Assembly: GCA_040757555.1 (NCBI GenBank)
Contig: JBFLWN010000002.1
Location: forward strand, 83,116 to 147,115
Direction of reading: 5' to 3'
DNA from: Patescibacteria group bacterium
Lineage (GTDB): Bacteria > Patescibacteriota > Minisyncoccia > UBA6257 > GWB1-50-10
DNA: 64,000 nt
Positions 1-8,180 of this stretch are shown piece after piece. Both the position numbers and the translations under genes were made by a program. Numbering within the stretch: the stretch's first letter is position 1; each line of letters begins with the position of its first letter. The notes beneath the pieces were generated by a model that did not search any database, had not been told where the DNA came from, and saw nothing but the letters and a program-made list of their open reading frames with translations.

Positions 1-2553
1 GGAAAATTCGGTGAGCGTGCGTGTATAAAAATTTCCTTTATAAAATTCAAAGTATCCACGTAACGCCTCTCTCCCTCGTTCAAGGGTTTCCGTGTAGTCA
101 TTCTTGGAAAGCGGCTGACGATTAAGATAAAACTCGAATTTTTGAAGAAGAAAATCTTTTCCCACTTCCCGAACCTTCAAATTTTCAAAAAAATCTTTCA
201 ATGCACCATGCATTGCGATTCCGTACATCTGATGTTTTTCTATCGCTTTCGGAATGCGCAAAAGATTTGTATAGAAATATTGCCACGGACACCTCAAATA
301 ATTATTTAATCCGGTAACCGATAATCCATTTTTCATAAATATTTCGCGAATAAAATCCTTGTTGCGTATATCCACTCCCGAAGGAAATGACTCGGAAAAA
401 ATCGAAGATTTTTCGGTGTTATATTTTTCTTCATACTCCCCCGCATCCTCTTCGGCAATACACTCCGATTTTATTTCCGAAAGAAATTGTGATGAGATTT
501 TTTCCTTTCCACTCTCATCGGTACGAGCATAGGAAATATATACTTCCTTTTTTGCACGGGTGAGTGCAACATAAAACAACCGGCGCTCATCATCAATATC
601 GCTTCCGCGGACACTGTTCCCAAAAAGCGAAAATACACGCGGGACAAGCGGGAGGGTATCGGATTTTCTTTTATTCCCCCAATGACCGTCATATGCATTC
701 ACAATATAGACATATTCAAACTCAAGTCCTTTTGCCCGATGCGCTGTCATACAACGCACCCGCGAGGTGATATGCCGTCCTCCGCTCTTTTTGATGGACG
801 CCCCGTGTGCGAGAAGGGTATCGATATAGGAAATAAACAGCTCAAGATTCATCCCACGATGGACTTCGGCCATCGATTTCACCTGATCAAAAAGAGTGAT
901 AAGTTTATCCATTTTCTCGACCGAATCGGGAAGAGAAAGAATATGCGAAAGAAATCCCGATTCACGGACAATTGTTTCGAAAAGTGAAACAATATCGATA
1001 TTTTTGCTTTTTATTTTCCATCCCGATATATCCGAGAAAAACCTCTTTACTGAAGAAATATTTTTCAATCCGAGAGTATCAAGCATTTCGGGACTCTGTA
1101 TGATTGAAAGTAATGACATTTTTTCCCGATGTACGCGATCGATAAGAACATAGATATCTGCCGGATCTATCTTCAAAAAATCGATATGCATCGCTTCAAA
1201 AAAGAGTTCATTACTTCCGAATCCGTGAACTGCACGGAGTAACAGAATAAACTTTCGTATGTCGATATCACCCAACACATCCTGATCGGACTCAATGATA
1301 AAAGGGATTTTATACTTCTCGAAAATATGCGCGACAGGAAAAGCGTCACGATTATCACGATATATCACCGCGATTTCATGAGGATGAACTCCGTGTTCTA
1401 TTTGCTCGGCAATGTGTTTTCCAAGGAAAAAATACTCTATTTCGGGACGCGAAAACGCATACAGAGATAATTTCTTTTCCCCATGGGAAGTATGTGTCTT
1501 GAGGCGCTTTTCTCCCTCAATAAGACTATGTGCCGAATCAAGAATGGTCTGAGTTGAACGATAGTTTTCCTCGAGCGTGATTAATTTTGCATCGGGATAT
1601 TTTTTCTTAAAATAAAGAAAGTTTTCGAGTGAAGCCCCCTGAAATCTGAAGATTGCCTGTTTTTCGTCTCCCACCACAAATATATTCGGATGCTCGTAAT
1701 AATTCGCGAGAAGTTCCAAAATTTTATTTTGTGCATTGTTGGTGTCCTGATGTTCATCAACCAACATATATTGATGCTTTTCCTGTAACATAAGAAGAAG
1801 ATCATTATTGCGCTCAAGTGCCTCAAATACCTCCATAATCATATCGCTATAGTCGTAGTATTTCCTTTGTGCAAGTTCTTTCTGATATATACGAAATACA
1901 TCGGCAAGTTCTTCATTCTTCCGAATTTGTTTCAAAAGCTTCTGATATTCCCCCTTCATTTTCCCCGCATGTGCTCCCTTTGTGTGATAGAGATCGGGAA
2001 TTGCCTCAAATTCAAATTTTTCTTTCTTCACGATTTCGGAAAACCTTTCCGGATTTATCCCTTCTTGTTTTAATTTGTTGATGTTTGAAAGTATCCCCCG
2101 TAAATAATAAAACGGATCGCCAAAGGGTTTTAGTTCTTCAAGTGGCGACGATTCGATGATGGTCTCCACAAGATGTATTTGATCCACTTCGGTAATGTGT
2201 TGTGATCCGATAATCCGCGGAAATTCTTCCGGATAATTTTTTATCACATCATTACAAAATCCATGGAACGTATTAATGACCACTCCATATGCGGGACTCC
2301 CAATAATTTCAACCAACCTCCTTCTCATTGAAGTTGTTCCGGATTCCGTAAAGGTAAGCGCCAAAATATTTTCGGGTTGTGCATCGGTTTTTTTCAGAAT
2401 ATTCGCAATGCGAAGTGTTAAAATCTGTGTTTTTCCCGTTCCCGGTCCCGCAACCACCATCACCGGCCCCTCAATCGTGTCCACCGCCTCTTTTTGTGCG
2501 GGGTTTAGTTTTGCGTACAACTCCTCAAATTTTTGATTCCCCTTTTGCATGTC
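1..2553 (-). CDS. UvrD/PcrA/Rep-family DNA helicase, 3'-partial (runs off window start)
   Basis: Hand translation of the minus strand from ATG at 2553 gives MDMQKGNQKFEELYAKLNPAQKEAVDTIEGPVMVVAGPGTGKTQILTLRIANI (Walker A AGPGTGKT). Motif VI VALTRAKKEV lies at about 540-600. Sampled codons at 1-120 and 1501-1560 have no stops in this frame. Absent from the ORF track because there is no stop inside the window. Over 850 codons in the window implies a long C-terminal extension beyond the helicase core. Confidence 0.8.
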
Positions 2554-2617
2554 CATAAAATTTTACCACTAAAACAGAAAAGTCTGAAAAAATGAAACAT
2601 AAAAGAACAAGGAATAA

Positions 2618-2646
2618 TTGACTGATAATTATTTATATGGTATTAT
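2618..2646 (+). promoter_or_regulatory. Candidate sigma70-like promoter (TTGACT -17 nt- TATTAT) for the 2689 gene
   Basis: TTGACT at 2618-2623 and TATTAT at 2641-2646 with a 17-nt spacer, in the divergent intergenic region between the helicase (-) and a plus-strand gene. Confidence 0.3.
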
Positions 2647-2688
2647 TATAAAAACATCTAATCATTCATAAATAAGGGAGTGTGTGTC

Positions 2689-3102
2689 ATGACACAAAAA
2701 GTATCTTTTCTGGAGAAGATAAAGATAATCCTAAAAGCAATTTCTTATCATCTTTTTCCTGAAAGTTATGAGAGCCTCAAACAATTTGCTGCAGAAGCAA
2801 GAAAGAGAGGTTTCACCGTAACAATCAGAGAGCTTTTCATTCCGAACACAAATTCTCAGAACTCCAATGATTTCTGTTCGTCTGTTTCGCAATGCGTCAC
2901 AGACGGAATGGTATATCTTCATTTGAAGGGTGTTGGAGATGGGAGAAAGCGAGATATCGTGTGTGATATTCCTGTCGGATATTGCAGTCTCCAATATGAC
3001 GACATGAAACGATTTCATGAGGAAAAAGAGAAAAAGATGAAAGAGATAATGGAAACATTAAAATCTTTCATTGTCCCGGTAAAAGTTCAGGAAATTTTCT
3101 AA
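2689..3102 (+). CDS. hypothetical protein (137 aa)
   Basis: ORF with ATG at 2689 preceded by AAGGGAG (2674-2680, spacing 8). The ORF-track start at 2680 is a GTG artefact. No recognisable motifs. Followed by a hairpin terminator. Confidence 0.5.
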   Translation: MTQKVSFLEKIKIILKAISYHLFPESYESLKQFAAEARKRGFTVTIRELFIPNTNSQNSNDFCSSVSQCVTDGMVYLHLKGVGDGRKRDIVCDIPVGYCSLQYDDMKRFHEEKEKKMKEIMETLKSFIVPVKVQEIF

Positions 3103-3134
3103 TTCAGGAGGTTTTTGTGGAAGTACAAGATTAA

Positions 3135-3172
3135 GGGACTCTACGCGCAATGCGAAGAGTCCCAATTTTTTT
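3135..3172 (+). terminator. Rho-independent terminator (GGGACTCT...AGAGTCCC + T-run)
   Basis: Inverted repeat gggactctacgcgcaatgcgaagagtccc followed by aattttttta. Confidence 0.5.
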
Positions 3173-3184
3173 ATCTAAAATATC

Positions 3185-4984
3185 CTATACCACCTCCGCT
3201 TGATAACATTGTTCACAATAGACTATTTCTTTCCTTTCGGGTGCATATGATGTCTCGAATTCATTGGGGCACCTTCCTGTTCCATGTTGATGTTGTGCAG
3301 TGTTTTGATATATTCCATTCTCTGATTTTTCACCAGTACACTGACAAGCGCGATGCCAGAGCTTCATCGGATTGCGTTTGTTAAAACGTTCAAAGTGACG
3401 TGTATTCGGACATTTCCGTGGAAGCGGAATATTCATCCTCCGATAGAATGCTAACTCCTCGGGAATAATGCGAAATGCTTTTGTGCAATTATGTTCGGCA
3501 GTAACATCCAGAGAACCACGCTTCTCCCACGTTTCACATGAAATTATTTCATTCAAAATATCATCACCAATTGAAGAGATGCGTTCAGGAAGATCTTGAT
3601 ATGACTTCGTTGCAACATGTTCTTTTTCCTGCGGATCTTCCCATACATATCCAACTTTTTGAGCTTCTTCTTTTGTCATAGGAAAATGATCATATGCCGC
3701 CGTTGTATTATATGCGGAAGTGGAAAGATCGGGTGGATAAAATTCTCCAAATTTATATTCCCTCCCCTGTTTGTCCTTATACGGCATCGCATTCATGTGC
3801 TCAATAATCTTCGGAACAAGCGCTTCATATTCTTCTTTTGTGTATTGTTTATTCAGAATGCAATATTCTTTACTTTTTAATCCAATGCATCCAAATAAAT
3901 TTGAAGAGGAATAACAATTATCTACATATGTTAAGTCGTGACATGAATCCCACGTCTCGTTCGCAAAACGAATATTCGAAACATTGTATCCGCAATTTGA
4001 TGTTTCATATACAAGCTCGGTGGCTCTCCCCCAATATGAATAATCCATACAATCTTTCGCTTCAAAAATAGAAAGGAGATATTTTCCATTTTCGACTTCT
4101 CTCGACTGGTACGAGTCTTTCACCCTATTACAATTATTTAACCAATTCCCGGAAACATCGGTACTGTTTATATTGGTTACCGACTGATGAATAGTACCAG
4201 CCACAAGTGCGGAAAAACGTTCGGAAAGTTTTTGTAATCCGGCAGCGGTATCAAGATCCAACTCTTTTATCTTTTTTTCATACTCTTCCTTCGTATATTG
4301 CTTATTTAAAATTGAATATTGCGCATTTCTAAGTCCTGCGCACGCAATGCAGTTGGTACAATTTCTGCAATCGAAAAGAAAATAAGAATCGCGACACTGC
4401 TTACACTCCTGACAATATTGAACATTGTAACAATCATTAATATCGATGGATTGATACGCAAGTTCGGATTTATCTGCATTAAAACAATCGGCGCAGTCAC
4501 GTGAATTCCAGAGGAGGTATGAATAGCGGGAATTTTCATTGTAATTTGCCCGAATAAGTAAATAACAATCCTTGTTGTAACTTGCCCGATTACAATATTC
4601 ACTTCCCACAATATCTCCCTGACGAATAAGAGAGGCGCGAGGTACCCGCATTTTCATTTCCTTAAATTGCTCAAAAAACGGTTTATCAAAATTATATTCC
4701 CTTCCGTATGAAATTGGATCCCATTTATCGCTTCGATAACATTCGAGACAATACAGAGGAAAAGATGTTCCGGGCGGATACATCGCAATCATATTTTTTC
4801 CGCATAAACTGCAGGTGTTTTTATACAAATGCCGTTCATTACAAAACGAAAGTCTCCGCTGAAATCGACAGGGAGGACACCAGGTCGGCGCGGGCACTTT
4901 TATTTTTTCATAAAAATCAAAGTCCTCCGGTGCAATGGTAAACGAGTTTTTGCAGTTTTGACACTGTTTTGCCTCCGAATTCAT
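3185..4984 (-). CDS. Cys-rich multi-zinc-ribbon protein, paralog 1 of 5 (599 aa), family not recognised
   Basis: Long intact ORF. N-terminus MNSEAKQCQNCKNSF...PTWCPPCRFQRR is a rubredoxin-like CxxC...WCPxC knuckle pair. Central CRNCTNCIAC...GLRNAQYSILNKQYTKEEYE module, with a second copy degenerate (SSNLFGCIGLKSKEYCILNKQYTKEEYE). C-terminal FYRRMNIPLPRKCP...CQC...CEQCYQAEVV. About 40 Cys. No signal peptide or TM. Confidence 0.8.
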   Translation of the reverse strand: MNSEAKQCQNCKNSFTIAPEDFDFYEKIKVPAPTWCPPCRFQRRLSFCNERHLYKNTCSLCGKNMIAMYPPGTSFPLYCLECYRSDKWDPISYGREYNFDKPFFEQFKEMKMRVPRASLIRQGDIVGSEYCNRASYNKDCYLLIRANYNENSRYSYLLWNSRDCADCFNADKSELAYQSIDINDCYNVQYCQECKQCRDSYFLFDCRNCTNCIACAGLRNAQYSILNKQYTKEEYEKKIKELDLDTAAGLQKLSERFSALVAGTIHQSVTNINSTDVSGNWLNNCNRVKDSYQSREVENGKYLLSIFEAKDCMDYSYWGRATELVYETSNCGYNVSNIRFANETWDSCHDLTYVDNCYSSSNLFGCIGLKSKEYCILNKQYTKEEYEALVPKIIEHMNAMPYKDKQGREYKFGEFYPPDLSTSAYNTTAAYDHFPMTKEEAQKVGYVWEDPQEKEHVATKSYQDLPERISSIGDDILNEIISCETWEKRGSLDVTAEHNCTKAFRIIPEELAFYRRMNIPLPRKCPNTRHFERFNKRNPMKLWHRACQCTGEKSENGIYQNTAQHQHGTGRCPNEFETSYAPERKEIVYCEQCYQAEVV

Positions 4985-4998
4985 ATACCTATATTACC

Positions 4999-6696
4999 CT
5001 AAATTATCTCTGCGTTGTAGCACGTCTCGCAGTAGATGATCTCTGGCCTCTCCGACGAATAAGAAGTCTCAAATTTATTTACACATTGTCCATTATGACC
5101 GTGAGATAATTCTTTGCACATACATTGTCGATGCCAAAGTTTTCGAGGTGGACGAAGTGATATGCGCTTTCGATAGCGACATTCTGGACAATTTCTGGGG
5201 ATCGGAATATTCATTCGCTTATAAAACTCGACTTCGGGATCAACCACATTATAATTTCGATCGCATGAAATACAGGTGAGCGCTTCTTTTGTTATTGAAT
5301 CTGATACATCGACAATAGTATCGGGAATTTGATCGGGGGAAAGAGTTCCCTTTCCACGGGTTACTCGAACGTCATCCTGCCATCGAAATCCCCGAGAAAT
5401 TGCAATCTCTTTCTCCATCGGCATATAGATATCTCCATGGGTCTCGTTATATCCGAAAGGAGATAATGCGGGAGGAAAAAATTCACCATATTCTCCTCTC
5501 TTTTTCATTTCTTCAACGAGCTCACTTTTTATGTGCTCATACTCCTCTTCCGAATATTGCGTATTTAAAATACAATATTCTCCTTTTCTCACACCAACAC
5601 ATCCAAAAAGATTTTGTGAATTATGGCATGAGTCACAATAATCTATAAACGTGTTCTCATATGAGAGATGACAAAACCTCACGTTCGATGCATTGGTAAG
5701 TGCATGCGATTCATAGGTAAGCTCGGTTGTCCCCAATCCAACACTCAAAAGGTCCATCGAATCCTTCGCAATAACGATTGCGCTATGACGAACATTCTCG
5801 CTGTCGTAGGCATAATAGCCATTATATATATTTCGGGAATTATGAATTTCATCCCCCACCACATTCTGTGATTTTTCTATCTGTGCATATTTGTGTATTC
5901 CTTTATGTTGAATAATATCAATCCATTTTTTATACAGTTCCGCGCGTTCTCGATATGATCCCAAATTAAATTCTTTCAATTTTTTGTCGTACTCCTCTTT
6001 CGTCAATTGTTCATTTAAAAAACAGTATTTTTTATTCCTTAAATTCCAGCTCAAGAAACAATTTTGACAATTAGTACAATCAAAACAATATTTACACTCA
6101 ATACTGTCATGCACAAAAAAACAAAATTCACACTTAAAATCCCTATCACAATGAAAACATTCATATAAAAACTCTCCCCCTTCGTATGCAAGATTTACAT
6201 CACAGGAGTCTTTTGTGCCATTCCAACAATTGCTCAAATAAAATCCATTTTCACAATTAAAACAGTCAAATGAAAGATATACATTTTTATTGTCCGCCGA
6301 ATGGTTGGTATATTCACTGTTTACAGAATTTTTTCCAAGAAGTGCAACCCGCGGAACCTTTAATTGTAATTCTTTAAATTGTTCAAAAAACGGGCGATTT
6401 ATATCTATCTTCATTGCAAAATCCATAGGACTCCACGTATCTCCCCACCAACACGTATGACAATACACCTTATATGGTGCGTCAGGATGATAAATCGTCA
6501 CTGTTGATTTTCCACACAAATCACAGTTCCTTCGATAGAGGTTACGTTCATTTCGCCATGCATAACGCCTCATCTGCCGACAATCAGGACACCACATTGG
6601 TAGTGGAACATTTATTTTCCCGTAAAATTCAAAATCTTCACTCTCGAGGGTGAAGTTGTGTTTGCAGTTTTGACATTGCTTTGTCTCAGCATTCAT
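4999..6696 (-). CDS. Cys-rich multi-zinc-ribbon protein, paralog 2 of 5 (565 aa)
   Basis: Tandem with paralog 1 (14-nt gap). Same architecture: MNAETKQCQNCKHNF...MWCPDCR; CKYCFDCTNCQNC...LRNKKYCFLNEQLTKEEYD; CDSCHNSQNLFGCVGVRKGEYCILNTQYSEEEYE; C-terminal NCPECRYRKR...CETCYNAEII. The start codon and 12 upstream nt are identical to paralog 1. Confidence 0.8.
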   Translation of the reverse strand: MNAETKQCQNCKHNFTLESEDFEFYGKINVPLPMWCPDCRQMRRYAWRNERNLYRRNCDLCGKSTVTIYHPDAPYKVYCHTCWWGDTWSPMDFAMKIDINRPFFEQFKELQLKVPRVALLGKNSVNSEYTNHSADNKNVYLSFDCFNCENGFYLSNCWNGTKDSCDVNLAYEGGEFLYECFHCDRDFKCEFCFFVHDSIECKYCFDCTNCQNCFLSWNLRNKKYCFLNEQLTKEEYDKKLKEFNLGSYRERAELYKKWIDIIQHKGIHKYAQIEKSQNVVGDEIHNSRNIYNGYYAYDSENVRHSAIVIAKDSMDLLSVGLGTTELTYESHALTNASNVRFCHLSYENTFIDYCDSCHNSQNLFGCVGVRKGEYCILNTQYSEEEYEHIKSELVEEMKKRGEYGEFFPPALSPFGYNETHGDIYMPMEKEIAISRGFRWQDDVRVTRGKGTLSPDQIPDTIVDVSDSITKEALTCISCDRNYNVVDPEVEFYKRMNIPIPRNCPECRYRKRISLRPPRKLWHRQCMCKELSHGHNGQCVNKFETSYSSERPEIIYCETCYNAEII

Positions 6697-6720
6697 ATAC
6701 CTATATTAGTATAAAACCAA

Positions 6721-7875
6721 CTAAACAGCGAGGCGTTTTTGTATTTTGTTCTTTTCCGGAAGTGGAATTTTTGTTTTCTCTACATACTTCTTCATCGTAT
6801 CAATCGTCACATCATATGTTTTCCTATCCACAGGATATGGTGTGGCGTCTTTTCCTCCATGTGCAAATGAATATCGTGCGGGATCTTCGTACGACGGTTT
6901 TGCGCCATAAATAACCTCCGAGACAAGTGCGAGGGCGCGAATTGTTTTTGGGCCCACCCCTTCAGTTGAAAGAAGTTTTTCATAACTCTCCGGCTGTTCA
7001 TCACATAACTTCCACAAAATTTTCTCGAGATATGCGCTTTTTGAAAAATCTTCCATCACCACCGGGTGTGTCTTGAATTCTTTATTTTCGAGCTCGAGGA
7101 GTGTTAATTGCTTCCCCTCCCCGTTTCCCAATGAAACCATTTTTGAAAGCGGAGAGTAATATCTTCGAAGAAGTTGAATATCTTTCATAAGCACTCCAAA
7201 ACTCTGATGAGTAAGATCGGCACTTATTTCCCGATTCTTTTCGCTTTCATTCGCGGTCATATTCAACACATTCGGAATTTTTATCTGGCTTGAAATTCCC
7301 GAATGCGGTTCGCGAATTAAATCTTTTGCCGTTTCCGAATGCCAATGATATCGTCGTGCAGTTTGGTTTTCTTTATTCATTCCCTGTTGCACCACCGTCC
7401 ACGCTCCATTCTTTGTAAAGAAAAATGTGTGGTGATAAATCTGAAATCCATCTTGAATAAGCGCACTATCCACCTTCGCGGCCATACGCGAATTATATGA
7501 AAGTGCGCGTATGTTTTTTTCACTGAGTGCCAATCGGGACCCCCATGTAAATATTTCGTCGGGTGTTTTTCGAGATGTCTTTCCTTTTCCTCCACAAATA
7601 AAAATTCCGAGGTTACGTTCCTCCCCTCGGATTGCCTCCTTGAGTGCGGCGGTGAGTATTGTCGTAAGCCCCGAAGCGTTCCAATCAAAGGCCAAAACCG
7701 TCCCCAGGGACTGGAACCACACCGGATCCCCAATACGCCGTATAAAGGCATCTGGACCCTCTTCTGCGACGATTACGTGCATCATCTCCCGCCCCAGCAT
7801 CACCATGCGGTCAAAAAGCCACTTTGGGCACTTCCCATAATCAAGTGTAAATGTGGCAATCCCGCGCTGGATCAT
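6721..7875 (-). CDS. DUF763-family protein (384 aa), function unknown
   Basis: N-terminus MIQRGIATFTLDYGKCPKWLFDRMV resembles the conserved N-terminus of DUF763 proteins as I recall them (not a search). Immediately upstream and co-oriented with Cys-rich paralogs 2 and 1 (24-nt gap). Confidence 0.5.
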   Translation of the reverse strand: MIQRGIATFTLDYGKCPKWLFDRMVMLGREMMHVIVAEEGPDAFIRRIGDPVWFQSLGTVLAFDWNASGLTTILTAALKEAIRGEERNLGIFICGGKGKTSRKTPDEIFTWGSRLALSEKNIRALSYNSRMAAKVDSALIQDGFQIYHHTFFFTKNGAWTVVQQGMNKENQTARRYHWHSETAKDLIREPHSGISSQIKIPNVLNMTANESEKNREISADLTHQSFGVLMKDIQLLRRYYSPLSKMVSLGNGEGKQLTLLELENKEFKTHPVVMEDFSKSAYLEKILWKLCDEQPESYEKLLSTEGVGPKTIRALALVSEVIYGAKPSYEDPARYSFAHGGKDATPYPVDRKTYDVTIDTMKKYVEKTKIPLPEKNKIQKRLAV

Positions 7876-8025
7876 AGATTATCGATAACGCACCGAAACC
7901 TTTTTTCCCTGTTTTTTTGCGTGTTTCTTTTTTGCTACTTTCCGTGACTTATTCATACTTCTATTTTACCACCTATTTTCCCAATGAACAGTTTACAAAC
8001 CAATAAAAAATATTTAATTCCTTAT

Positions 8026-8098
8026 AAGCTAATTCGTACGAATGAGCTTATTCCTCTAATGACAAATTTCTTCATTTACTCATTCGTACGAATGAGTA
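8026..8098. promoter_or_regulatory. Two operator-like palindromes sharing the core ATTCGTACGAATGAG, centres about 50 bp apart
   Basis: Site 1 at 8026-8049 is AAGCTAATTCGTACGAATGAGCTT (palindrome with one symmetric mismatch). Site 2 at 8077-8098 is TACTCATTCGTACGAATGAGTA (perfect 22-bp palindrome). They lie between the recQ terminator and the start of the DUF763 / Cys-rich operon (minus strand). Confidence 0.45.
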
Positions 8099-8133
8099 AA
8101 TGATCTGAATACAAAAATATTGGAATATAACTC

Positions 8134-8160
8134 GGGGCACTATGACGCGTTATAGTGCCT
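8134..8160 (-). terminator. Hairpin terminator downstream of recQ
   Basis: ggcactatgacgcgttatagtgcc inverted repeat immediately 3' of the recQ stop. The minus-sense continuation is T-rich (tatttttgtatt). Confidence 0.4.
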
Positions 8161-8180
8161 AAGAATACATTAGTTTAGGG

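Noticed and set aside
7879-7956. 25-codon Lys-rich mini-ORF (MNKSRKVAKKKHAKKQGKKVSVRYR) immediately upstream of the DUF763 gene
   Set aside because: It is too short, has no Shine-Dalgarno sequence, and its composition is what an A-rich intergenic region gives by chance. It could be a leader peptide but there is no supporting evidence.
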